Shown: piece after piece, positions 48,521 through 61,800 of the stretch
Numbering within the stretch: the stretch's first letter is position 1
Layout of the letters: each line of letters begins with the position of its first letter
Origin: the human T2T-CHM13v2.0 reference genome, Homo sapiens
Length of the DNA: 64,000 nucleotides
Strand: one strand, 5' to 3'
Assembly (NCBI RefSeq): GCF_009914755.1
Contig: NC_060947.1
The notes under the pieces: model-generated
Seen by the model: the letters and a program-made list of their open reading frames with translations, nothing else
What the model was told of the DNA's origin: nothing
The model's database searches: none
Program-made: the position numbers and the translations under genes

Positions 48521-49802
48521 GAGGAGATATGGAGTGTATCCAAGTCACTGCCTCCAGTTGATTCTGGAGAAAGAGAACATATCTTCTCCACTGAGGATTA
48601 TGTGATGTTAGTTTTCAAATTATTCTGTTACAAAGTAGAAGGTAACGTAAAAAGAAGGATAGTTTTTTTAATAGCATATTGTGGCACTTTCAGTGCCTCA
48701 GCTGTGCTACTATGTAAGTACCCAGCTGAATGGCGCTAGGACACAACAGGAGATTAGGAAGTCCACTGAAACAACAATAACACCTAAACGTGTATTTCCT
48801 CACTCAAAGAAGTCCACGTTAGAAACTGACATAAAGGAAAGCAAGAGTGAATGAAATTTGAATATCATTGCTCCTTCTGTTCAGAGGCTGGAAAGATTTG
48901 GGGAAATGCAAGTAAATTAAGTATGTATACTACTTAATCTAATAACTGTATTAACATAGCTGATGTTTCAATTTATATAAAGGGTCACCTGTTAGACTCA
49001 TCTGTTTGAATCTGCAGATTGGAAAAAAGGGGACATCTTAAGGATAGGGAGTATGATATTTCTTTGAAACTCTGGAGACTAGAATGATTTCTATTTACAC
49101 TTAAGTAATTAGATCTTGAAGAAATTGAATGAAAACTATTGCTAAAATTAGTAGTATTTGGCATAATGTTCCCACCAATGAACTACCCAGCTTCAGACTG
49201 TTTATTTCTTCTCAGCCATATTGAAACAAACTGTATTTCAATTTAATCTGGTAAAGTTCAGTCTTTGAAACAAAACCTGTACATCTTCGCTTCAAAATTT
49301 GCACTTATTGATGTTACTATGCATACTGGCTCTTTAATCTCTTGCAGTTTTACACTTATAAAATAAAACAAGAAGATCTAAGAAAGAAAAAACACAGTCT
49401 TTCCAGTTTAAACAAGCAGTCAAATGAAAGACATGTAACTCTAGGGAGCATACCATAATTATTGTCCAAGATCAGAGATTCTTGATAAATTGACTTTCTG
49501 AATGTGCAGCAGCATAAATTGAATGAACATTGTCTTGAAAATTGAAGATTAAAACAGGAGCTTACACCCAGAGAAGATACCCATTGAGAGGTAGTAAATA
49601 GCCATCTCTACACGTTCGGGGACTTCAATAACATTCCTTCAGTAGCTATAATACCACAAAGAGTATCTTCATTCATGGATGCAAAATTTCTTTAGACAGA
49701 ATATAAAATCATTATTAAAAATAAAACAAAAATGTTGGTATTATACAGTAAATTGATGTGGCAAATTATTATCTAACAATTGAAATATAATTATTTGTAA
49801 AT

Positions 49803-49945
49803 ATTTTTATTTTATTTTAGATTGAGGGGGTATGTGTGCATGTTTGTTACATGGATATAATGCATACTGGTGGGAATTGGGCTTCCAGTGTACCCATTAC
49901 CCAAAGAGTGAACATTGTACCCAATAGATGATTTTTTCACCTCAC
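49803..49945 (-). mobile_element. L1 extreme 3'-end fragment (L1PA16/17-L1PB type)
   Basis: tttattttagattgagggggtatgtgtgcatgtttgttacatgg...attgtacccaatag. Confidence 0.85.
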
Positions 49946-50530
49946 AGGGTTGCGGGGGAATGGCCTATACAATTTGTCGCAATAAATGTAGATTCTTCAA
50001 GAAACATCGTACAACATTCAGAAAGATAGCTTACTTAAGTTGGTCCAAGAAAGATTTTAGAGACATGGAGAAGCTTCTTATATCAGATTTTAGAAAATCC
50101 CATTACAAGAAAGCTGTTAAAAATAAAGTCTAAGGGGCAATTAGGCAAGTTACAATAGTATCAAACATATTCATACTCTTTGACCAAGTAGTAAAAAAAA
50201 TTTCTGTGAATTAACTCTAAATGTATAAATATATACACAATGATTTATGTAGAATAATGTTAATAATCATGACTAACACAATTCCTGTAAAAATTGAAAA
50301 TACGTTGTGGATATTTGAAGTCCTACATTATGCATGTAAAGAAAATAACTCATAAAATTTGATTTATAATGGTTAAGGTGAAACCATTACTACCCATGAC
50401 TATTGAGGCCTAGAGAACCTTGGAATTAGAGAGAGAATACTGTGAATCCTTAAATTTTCAAATTTTAGAAGGATATTTAATGATATGGGAAATTTCTCAG
50501 AACATATTTGTATATGGCTAGAAAGATATA

Positions 50531-50852
50531 CAGTTGTCCCTCTATTTTAGAGGGGAATTGGTGCCAGGACCCCCATGGAAATCAAAATTCATGGATGCTC
50601 ACGTTCCTTAAATAAATGATACAGTATTTGTGTATAACCTACACACATTAGCCTGTACACTTTAAATCATCTCTAGGTTAATTATAATACTTAAAACAAT
50701 GTAAATGCTATGTTAATAGTTGTTATACTATATTGTTTTTAATTTGTATTATTTTATTGTTGTATAGTTTTTTTGTTTATTTTTCTAATATTTTCAATCC
50801 TTGGTTGGTTGAATCCATGGATGCTGAACCCATAGATAGAGATGGCTGAGTG
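50531..50852. mobile_element. MER2 (TcMar-Tigger non-autonomous DNA transposon), full length
   Basis: ta|cagttgtccctc...ccaggacccccatggaaatcaaaattcatggatgctca...gaatccatggatgctgaacccatagata...gagtg|ta, with TIRs and a TA target duplication. Confidence 0.92.
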
Positions 50853-51069
50853 TATATCAACATGTTAATAAGTCACCTCTGGATAGTAATAATAAAAGAG
50901 AATTTCCCCTTTTATAGTTTCTGTTTTTTTCATACAAGTTTGTGGTAACTAAAATTTCCTAATATTTTCCTTCGTGCTTCATTTACTCATAATTTTACAG
51001 TATATTGACTCTATTCTTTGCTACATCTAGGGATATTATCATGTAATAGATACCATTTCATGTTCCTAA

Positions 51070-51375
51070 CAAGCCCAAATACGTTCTTATTCTAAGAGCA
51101 ATGCTCCTCTATTCCATGTTAATGTTACATGACACTGTCATCCTGACCATATGTAATTGGACAAGGTTGAATATTGCACAAAAATTGCACCAATCAGATT
51201 ACCTCTCTCTCTAGAATTTGAAATGGGAGTTGTGAGGTTTCATTTCACTCAGACTTGTCACTTGAACCGAGGTACAATAAACTTATCAATGTGGGGTTGA
51301 TAAGATTGTTTACATGCAAGCTGAAGCAGAGAAAGGCTCTCTGTAGTGAGAGAAAATAGAAGGAAAGACAAAGGA
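51070..51375. mobile_element. Possible ancient ERVL LTR (LTR16/LTR33-like) fragment
   Basis: The motif ccaatcagattacctctctctctagaatttgaa resembles these LTRs; otherwise very degenerate. Confidence 0.35.
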
Positions 51376-51377
51376 GG

Positions 51378-52177
51378 GGAGGTAATGTCAGTGAAAATGG
51401 TGGAGTATGGAGCTCTGAAAATTCTCTCCTTTGCAAAAGCAATGAGAACACTTGCAAAAAAAAAAAAAAGGTGGCATAACCAGTAATTTCAGAACTCTGT
51501 AAATTAACCAGATCCTTGTAGCAATTTAGGTAGTGTTTATTCAAGAAAAATAGCTGAATCTCAATAAGAACAGCAAGCTTAATTTGCTATTCTTTAAATT
51601 GCCTTATCCTATAACCTCCTACCAAAATCCATACTAGCTCTAAGAAAAAAATCTCTCATTATGGTGAAAACCAGAAATTTGGCAACATGTAGAGACGATA
51701 GAATGGGTTAGGAGCTCCTTAAAAGACAAATTACCAGAAAAGCGTAATTACTTTTGGGGGTTATTTGGAGGACACCATTTATGAGACTTTCCTTATGTGA
51801 CCAGATTTGAAGCTTGCTCAGTGCAAACATAATTTTTTTCTGGGGATTTCTGTTGGAAAAAAATCATCAGACACAGTTGTTGAACATCTCAGCTGAGGCA
51901 GTGGATAAGAGATGGTGCATACACTAGGCTAACCAAAAACTTCAAAGGAGAAGCTGGAGAATGAGATGTGCATGGGGTTTGAAAATCTCTGACATATTCC
52001 TGGGAATCTAGAAGGCCGCACACATGACCAGGGCTGTTTACATGTGTAAAGTTGTGCACATGCCCAAGAAAGACCTAAACTCTCACTTCAGGCTTACCTT
52101 TAGTCTCTGAACTAACAGGAAATGAAGGGTAAGGCAGAATTGTAAACTGACCGGCTGAGTATAAAAAGCATGCCCCA

Positions 52178-52225
<48 letters not shown>

Positions 52226-52385
52226 CGTTGGCAAAGAATGGCAGACATATTGGTACCAGGCATTTAAGGAAACCTCTGTCTAATCATTATCTGACCACTA
52301 AGCAAACTGTATAGAGACTTCCGTGGCCACAAAGAACAAACAATACAGACTTCACATAATTAGTTGAGAAAAGATAATAAATGAA
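51378..52385 (+). mobile_element. Ancient L1M (L1M4/L1MC-type) 5'UTR region
   Basis: aaaatggtggagtatggagctctgaaaattctctcc...tttattcaagaaaaatagctgaatctcaataagaacagc...cctgggaatctagaaggcc. Confidence 0.7.
52182..52222. repeat. (AC)20 microsatellite
   Basis: Perfect AC run within the L1M 5' region. Confidence 0.97.
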
Positions 52386-52476
52386 AAAACTTGTCATAGA
52401 AATATAAGGGTCAATTCAAGTTTCCCTATTCATATCATATTCTGCGTGAATCATGAGAAACACTTTAACTTCTTGA

Positions 52477-52797
<321 letters not shown>

Positions 52798-53949
52798 TAA
52801 CTTCTTGATTTCTACATGAAATAGAAGTGTTAGTATTGAAGGAACAATGCATGATATTTTCACCAAGCACTGATCTCAGTGAATATTTATGCATCCTCCA
52901 AGCAACACAGACGAATTTACAACAAATATCATGTATATATATTTGTATAAATTATTTTTATTCACAGTATAACAATTATAAGCACATATCAGTTATAATG
53001 ACTGAAACATATACATAGTATTACTATAGTTTATATGTGCTACATATTTTTATTTAAGATATTTAAAATAAACTAAATACTGGCAAATAGCATTCACTCT
53101 TTTTTAAGTGTGTTAGGTTTTTCACCCCAAAACAATTTTTAAGATTTTAATCAAAAAGACCATGTCTTGAGCTTTATTTCCAAATTTGCTTCCTCCATAG
53201 CGCCTAATACAATACTGATGTATAACTTTAAATAAAAATGAGTTGGTGATTAATTATATAACCTTCTTAATGACATATCAGAATTCCAATGATAGAATAA
53301 GTGAAGACAGGTTTATTGTATGGATATAACAGACAATCTTACAGACATCCAAGGACTGAGCTCTAATTACTAACTGGCTATGCTGGGACTGAAACTGAAG
53401 TCAGGAACTGAAAACATTTTTCCTGTCTCTTGTGGGTCATAAGTTACCTTGTCTTTGTTTCTATCTGTGTATATACTTTATTCCCCAATTTCTCATTACA
53501 GACCTATGTTTTCACTCATGGATCTCTGATACTCCATACTTTCAGTCTTACTATGGCTTAGACTTGGAGCTGTCAGATTCCAAATTTGACTGGAAATTTG
53601 CCAGTCAAAATTTCATTTGGTCTTTTTCTTCAAATGCCCTTTGCTTAATTGTCCTACTCACTCAGTACTTCATTCCAAATAAGAAAAAATGAGAAAGCAC
53701 TCATTATTTAATAGGTCCACCTTTGTCCAGGTATTCATCTCTAATCCAATCAGCCAAAGGCCAGAGTTTGGAATCATATTGATAACTTTTAATTAGGAAT
53801 TATGGGTGAAGCAAGTTCTCTGAGAAGGGTTTTGTTAAGAAATCCGTGATTTTCACATCTAATATATTAATAGATTTGCTATTTCTGAAATATGATATAC
53901 ACATAAATCCTGACTAATTTAGGAAACTGCAAAGAATCATTACATTTTG

Positions 53950-54100
53950 GAGTAAGAAGACACATTTCTCATGTTTCAAATTAGAAAACCAAGGACTAAT
54001 GAAATTATGTGACTTGTTTAAGTCATATAGTTGGCAATGGTCACACCTATGAGTAGAATCTAGGTTACCTGAGTCCTCATCAAGTATTTTTTCTAATGTA
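53950..54100 (-). mobile_element. MIR fragment
   Basis: agaaaaccaaggact...ttatgtgacttgtttaagtcatatag...tagaatctaggttacctgagtcc. Confidence 0.55.
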
Positions 54101-54133
54101 GCTTACCATAGTGAAATAAATTTGAATGGTCAA

Positions 54134-54505
54134 TGTATTAGTCCGCTCTCATGCTGGTAATAAAGACATAACCAAGACTGGGTAATTTACAAAGGAAAGA
54201 GGTTTAATTGACTCAGAGTTCAGCATGGCTGGAGAGGCCTCAGGAAATTTATAATCACGGTGGACAGGGAAGCAAACATGTCCTTCTTCACATGGTAGCA
54301 GCAAAAAGTGCAGAGCAAAAGGAGAAAAAGCCCCTTATAAAACCATAGATGTCGTGAGAACTCACTCACTATCATGAGAACAGCAGCATGGGGGTAACCG
54401 CTCCCATGATTCAGTTACCTCCCACTGGTTCCTCCCAGGACAAGGGGATTATGGAAACTACAATTCAAGATGAGATTTGGGAGGGGACACAGCCAAACCA
54501 TATCA
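54134..54505 (-). mobile_element. Solo THE1C/D LTR
   Basis: tgtattagtccgctctcatgctg...ggggacacagccaaaccatatca, with a 5-bp TSD gtcaa/gtcag. Confidence 0.95.
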
Positions 54506-57500
54506 GTCAGTTTGAGTTGACAAAATATTTGTAAAGAAATGCAGTTACGTTATCTCAAGTAGGCATGCTAATATAAATGAGCCTAAAGGAGTATTGTACA
54601 GTTGGTTCCTAGGAAACCTGTTTCAAAGTACAGGTAAAAATTCGTAATAAGAAGCACTCCAAGTTTTGATTTCAAATAACTATTTAAAATTTTTTCAAAG
54701 AAACTTGTTTTACTAAGCAAGGTAAACAGTGCCATTCTAATCTTTGGTTCTATATTCGTTTGCTCAGAAACCCTTTTATTTCTCCAAATATAAAGAGAAA
54801 GTATGTTACCACACAATATTAGTTTAAATGGTTGCAAATGCTAGAATCCAAATTAAGAAATTTTAACTGTTTATCTCATAAGACATTGTGCCACAAAGTA
54901 GTATGAAAAGCAAACAAATTGATATTCTGCAAACACAGGCTGTTATCTATGTATAAATTATAAATGTAATAATAAACCAGGGAGAAACATGTAGTTAAAG
55001 TAAGCACAAAACAGTTGTGCAATAAGTATGTATAATACTAATGGCATTAAAACTACATATATTTACATGTCCTATAAATGACACGCTCAAATATTCAGTT
55101 GTTTTGCATGCAACATCCACGCTCCGCAAGTAGAAAATAGAAATTTCCTTTGTGTGGTATTTTCTCTCCTTTTTAGGAATCAGGCTAGTAGTGTCAGAAA
55201 TGTTCTTAATAAAGTGGCTTGACTATAAAGTCTATTTCCAGATGACTGAATATTTTGTCCATACCACGAGATCAAGATTCTAATTTGTGACCTAACAATT
55301 TAACCAACAAACAGTTTAAGTCTTTTAATGAGATGACAAGGACTTGCTTATGAAGCCAATTGCCATTTTCCTTGCTCTATCATAGGAAGCAATGCTCGAT
55401 TACTACAGCTCAAAGTCGGCTTACTTTAAAGCCTATAGGAGTCTCCTATAATCAATCAGTTCACATTATGGTAGGGGCAAGTAGCTCTTCTGTCATCAAA
55501 AATAAAACAGAATACCCTCCACCCATGGCACCATATAATGTCCCCAACTTGGATTTACGAATGTTATTAAAATATTGTCTATGAATGAGGATGATCATGT
55601 GTGAAAATTAGAAAAGGTGAATTTATTGAAGTAAAGACATAAGTCTATCTCTGTAAATAGCCAATATGGAAGGAAAACACATTAAATTTATCAGTATTAC
55701 GAAGCTGAAGCATAAGGTGAAAGGTGTATGGAAATAATGCTCACTGAAAAGTTATTCGAACTATCAAATAAGAGCCACACTGTAAATTCTGGAGAACTAG
55801 ATTACCAGACTACACAGAACATGGGTTGGGAGGCCTTTAAGGGTAAATGGGAATGATAGGATCCTCATTAAAGTTGGAGATTTTCAAATGGAACAATTGA
55901 TAATGCCTTTGAATTATTAATTCCAAATGGGACAATTGATAACGCCTTCAATTATCAACTCCGAAATGGAAGAGTTCCATAGACTTCCCTTATATAAAAA
56001 GCATAGTCTTCACTATCTTCCTATCTTTCCAATAGTTGTCCAGAAATGTTCTACACAAGAGTCTCCTTCTCTCACCAATGCTAAGCAAGGCAGTACTGTG
56101 TTCTTTTCTCTCTCTCTCTCCTCTATCCTCATTCACCTAATTTTAACCTGCACCGGGGTAGGTTAACACAAAAGACTCTTGGAGATTGAAGAATTACAAT
56201 TCTCAATCACTGACTAGTTTTCAATCTCCATTCTGTTCCTAATTAAAATAATCTATAACAGGCTACATAAGTAATATTAACTAACATTCTGATATTTTAT
56301 TCCAAAGCAATAAAATTAGACCCTTGTTCTAGAGCCTTTGATAATAAAACAGAAACAACAGAGTACTTAAAGCTGGTAGTTTATAGACTAATCTGGAAAG
56401 AAAAATCAACAATATTTGAAAAGCTCGAGGAATTTTAACAAATGGAAACTAATGCCGCTGAAAGGAAATGCAAATACAAGGGCTTAGGAGTTTCGAAAAC
56501 AAAGAAGTGAAGATGGTGGTTGTAGGGAATAAAGAGTGGAGGCAGCAATAGGTCAGTGCTAACCAGGCAATATTCATAGAGAGGTTTAGTCTAAATCTCA
56601 ACTTTCAGGGGATAATTTGTCATTATTCAGAGACAGAAATGAACAAGCCTACAGGATTTACATATTTTTAAATTGCTTTTTATTGAATTGACCAGGATCT
56701 CTAGGATCTATAAGGTTTTTGTTAACATTATCTGGAAACCTGCCTCTACATCCCTTCATTTTCTCTCTGAAGTTTGGTCTGGGTAGGCTCCAGACTAACT
56801 TGGTCTAGAAGTCCCATTGTCCCTTTCTTATTACTTAGAATTGTTTTTTTTAAACTGACTCAAATAATTCCAAGGGGATGGAGTCAAATGAGACTATTAG
56901 CTTTTCTGAGAAGCCATTTGCCAATATTTCAGAAGCCCATAAAATGGTCCTGCAATAGGTCTATGTAGAGGATATTTCTCATACCTCAGACCTTTTTTCT
57001 TTTGTTCAGTCTCCCTCTACTACACACACTTTTCTCCTAGAAACTAAAAATATATCACTGTTTTTCTAACTTTTTATTTGTGGTCTTCCTGTTGTAAATC
57101 ATAAAAAGAACAAAAAAGCATAAATCTGTGATATATAGCATATTTTTGAATAAAAAACAACAACAAAAACCTCCTCTATCTAATCCTTACAATCCTCTTC
57201 CCCAAAGGCGTTAATTAAGGATACACAGGGAAAGGCAGAAAATATTGTTCATTTCCCATAAGAACCCAAACTTTGATCTTCCTCTGATAGGCCAGCCCTA
57301 AAGGCATTAACTCAACAAATGCCAACAAGGAGACTGAGTCAGAAATAAAACACCTTCCTCAGGCTCATCTCTCCTTTCTGTGTGAAACTTTCACTTCACA
57401 GTTATTAATCAGTGCAGTTATAGGGAAATTCTGTTGCAAAGTGACCTAAACCAATTTGATCATGCACAACTCTTAGGTTCTGTTTAGTAGATAAGAATTG

Positions 57501-58819
57501 TCATTAAGGAAGCTTGAGGTGAGCCAGGTTTATCCACTTTTCTTCAATTTCACTGTCAGGTTATAATGAAAGTAAGTCTCAGACCAAATTCTGCCACATA
57601 TACATGAATTAAACACTCCCTATCAAACAGGCACTAAATCAATCACAAATCTGTTCTCTAAGCTTAATAAAGGCTTAGCTCTTTGCCCTATTAGTTGCTT
57701 CTACCACTACATTGCATGAAAGGAAACTAAAGGAAGACACAATACTACTCTAGAAGCATAACATTATTGTCTTTATAGTTGACCTCAGGCAACTAGAAAT
57801 CTTCTAAGTACACTAGAAATCTTCCAAGTCCACGAAAAACGGCTGTTCAAACTGAGATCAACTTGACAGTAATGCCTCACTACATACTAAAACCTTTTCA
57901 TCAAGTTGGGAGAGAGACTCTAAAATGCTTTAGCTGATACTCATATTTGTATCTTCAATGCCTTTCATTTCTCTAGAAAGAGCCCCTTTCTAACAATACA
58001 GCATACTAATTAACAAGGAACAAATTTCACCAATAAAAGCCTATTTTCTGACATTTTGTATGCTAATCATCAAAAGCCTCAGATGTTAATAGAAATAGAA
58101 TAACAGAAGTACTTGAAAAACCTGGCTCTGAAGTCTGGTCTTTCTGAAAGAAGCTGGTTACCAGTCTCTGAAATGTAGATTATCCCTGCCATAATATCAA
58201 TGATCATTAATAACCTGTTTAATCTAAACAACCAGCTGCTCCTAAAATTGAAGTTTAACCTGAACAAAATATACATAATATCACACTGTCTGTTCTGACA
58301 TAAATAATGAATTATGAACATCATGATATTCAGCTGACATAGAAATGGCAGACTGTGTTAAAAACTAGATTAGTACCCCCTTTGATAAAGGGAAAAAAGG
58401 TTGATCTCAAGACTCAACTTGAGCAGGGTTTGGGGTAGTAAACCTTAAGATCCTTTCAAACCCTTGATTCCAGTGTGAAATCACTGCTCTGAAACTGTAT
58501 TTTGAGCTATGTTGTCAGGAACTTTTCAGTGGCTCTGGAAAGATAAGAATTCAAGTATTTCTTCAAATAGAGCTCCCTCATTCCACTTTCAGGAGGGTGA
58601 ATTTGAGTCTTTATTTCAGTGTCAGAGATGGGTACATGTTGATTCTGCAAAAGTGTTTGGATTCTGGGTGTTGTTGCTGTTTTATTATGATTGGCATTTT
58701 GGAGGTCTCTATACTATCAATGAGTTAAAAACTACAAATTCAACCACAATGTGTTGTTTAACTGACAATGCCCAAAAGCCCTTGGAAGCATCATGATTCT
58801 TCCTCAATTACCCTGTAGG

Positions 58820-61800
58820 TCATGTCAAAATTTTATTGCCATTGTATCAGTATTAAGAAGTGAGACTCTTAAGCAGTTGTTTGTAGTTCTCCTTGAAGAG
58901 GTCCTTCACATCCCTTGCAAGTTGTATTACTAGGTATTTTATTCTCTTGGTAGCAATTGTGAATGGGAGTTCACTCATTATTTGCTCTCTATTTGTCTGT
59001 TATTGGTGTATAAGAATGCTTGTGATTTTTGCACATTGATTTTGTATCCTGAGACTTTGCTGAAGTTGCTTACCAGCTTAAGGAGATTTGGGGATGAGAT
59101 GATGGGGTTTTCTAAATATGCAATCATGTCATCTGCAAACAGAGACAATTTGACTTCCTTTTTTCCTATTTGAATACCCTTTATTTCTTTCTCTTGCCTG
59201 ATTGCCCTGGCCAGAACTTCCAACACTATGTTGAATATTGGAAGTTCTGACCAGGGAGAGAGAAGCATCCTTGTCTTGTGCCGATTTTTAAAGGGAGTGC
59301 TTCCAGGTTTTGCCCATTCAGTATGATATTGGCTGTGGGTTTGTCATAAATAGCTCTTATTATTTTGAGATACGTTCCATCAATACCTAATTTATTGAGA
59401 GTTTTTAGCTTGAAGAGGGGTTGAATTTTGTCGAAGGCCTTTTCTGTATCTATTGAGATAATTATGTGGTTTTTGTCATTGGTTCTGTTTATGTGATGGA
59501 TTACATTTATTGATTTGCATAGGTTTAAGTAGCCTTGCATCCCAGGGATAAAGCCAACTTGATCGTGGTGGATAAGCCTTTTGATATGCTGCTGGATATG
59601 GTTTGCCAGTATTTTATTGAGGATTTTCGCAGCAATGTTCGTCATGGATATTGGTCTGAAATTTCTTTTAGCGTTGTTGTGTCTCTACCAGGTTTTGGTA
59701 TCAGGATGATGATGGCCTCATAAAATGAATTACGGAGGATTCCCTCTTTTTCTATCGTTTGGAAGAGTTTCAGAAGGAATGGTACCAGCTCCTCTTTGTA
59801 CCTCTGGTAGAATTCGGCTGTGAATCTGTCTGGTCCTGGACTTTTTTTGGTTGGTAGCCTATTAATTACTGCCTCAATTTCAGAATTTGTTATTGGTCTA
59901 TTCAGGGATTCAACTTCTTCCTGGTTTAGACTTTGGAGGGTGTATGTGTCCAGGGATTTATCAATTATTTCTTCTAGATTTTCTAGTGTATTTGCGTAGA
60001 GGTGTTTATAGTATTCTCTGATAGTAGTTTGTATTTCTGTACAATCACTGGTGATATCCCCTTTATCATTTTTTATTGCATCTATTTGATTCTTCTCTCC
60101 TTTCTCCTTTATTAGTCTGGCTGGCGGTCTATTTTGTTGATCTTTTCAAAAAACCAGATCCTGTATTCTGCTCAAGGAAATAAGAGAGGACACAAACAAA
60201 TAGAAAAATATTCCATACTAAGGGATAGGAAGAACCAGTATCATGAAAACGGCCATACTACCCAAAGGAATTTATAGATTCAATGCTATCTCCATAAAGC
60301 TACCACTGACTTTCTTCACAGATTTGGAAAAAACTACTTTAAACTTCATATGGAACCAAAAGAGCCCACATAGCCGAGATAATCCTAACCAAAAAGAACA
60401 AAGTGGGAGGCATCACGCTACCTGACTTCAAACTTTACTACAAGGCTACAGTAACCAAAACAGCATGGTACTGGTACCAAAACAGATACATAGACCAATG
60501 GAACAGAACAGAGGCCTCAGAAATAATGCCACACATCTACAATCATCTGATCTTTGACAAACCTGACACAAACAAGCAATGGGGAAAGGATTTCTATTTA
60601 ATAAATGGTATTGGGAAAACTGGCTAGCCATATGCAGAAAACTGAAATTGGATCCCTTCCTACACCTTATACAAAAATTAACTCAAGATGGATTAAAGAT
60701 TCATATGTAAGACCTAAAACCGTAAAAATCCTAGAAGAAAACTTAGGCATTACCATTCAGGGCATAGGCATGGGCAAAGACTTCATGACTAAAACACAAA
60801 AAGCAATGGCAACAAAAGCCAAAATTGACAAGTGGGATCTAATTAAACTAAAGAGTTTCTGCACAGCCAAATAAACTATCATCAGAGGGAACAGGCAACC
60901 TACAGAATGGGAGAAAATTTTTGCAATCTATCCATCTGACAAAGGGCTAATATCCAGAATCTAAAAAGAACTTAAACAAATTAACAAGAAAAAAAACAAA
61001 CAACCCCATCAAAGGATATGAACAGACATTTCTCAACATTTCTCAAAAGAAGACATTTATGCCCCCAACAAACATATGAAAAAAGCTCATCATCACTGGT
61101 CATTAGAGAAATGCAAATCAAAACCACAATGAGATATCATCTCACGCCAGTTAGAATGGTGATCATTAAAAAGTCAGGAAACAACAGATGCTGGAGAGGA
61201 TGTGGAGAAATAGGAACGCTTTTACACTGTTGGTGGGAGTGTAAATTAGTTCAACCATTGTGGAAGACAGTGTGGCAATTCCTCAAGGATCTAGAACTGG
61301 AAATACCATTTGACCCAGAAATACCATTACTGGGTATATACCCAAAGGATTATAAACCATTTTACTATAAAGACACATGAACACATGTTTATTGCGGCAC
61401 TATTCACAATAGCAAAGACTTGGAAACAAAACCCCAATGTTCATCAATGATAGACTGGTTAAAAAAAAAGTGGCACATATACACCATGGAATACTATGCA
61501 GCCATAAAAAAAGATGAGTTCATGTCCTTTACAGGGACATGGATGAAGCTGGAAACCATCATTCTCAGCAAACTAACACAAGGACAGAAAACCAAACACC
61601 GCATGTTCTCACTCATAAGTGGGAGTTGAAATATGACAACACATGGACACAGGGAGGGGAACATCACACAACAGGGCCTGTCAGAGGATGGAGGCTAGGG
61701 GAGGCATAGCATTAGGAGAAATACCTAATGTAGGTGATGGGTTGATGGGTGCTGCAAACCACCATGGCACGTGTATATCTATTTAACAAAACTGCATGGT

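Noticed and set aside
53300-53860. MLT1-like LTR relic
   Set aside because: Only a short motif (atccaatcagccaaaggccag) is suggestive; too degenerate to call without an HMM search.
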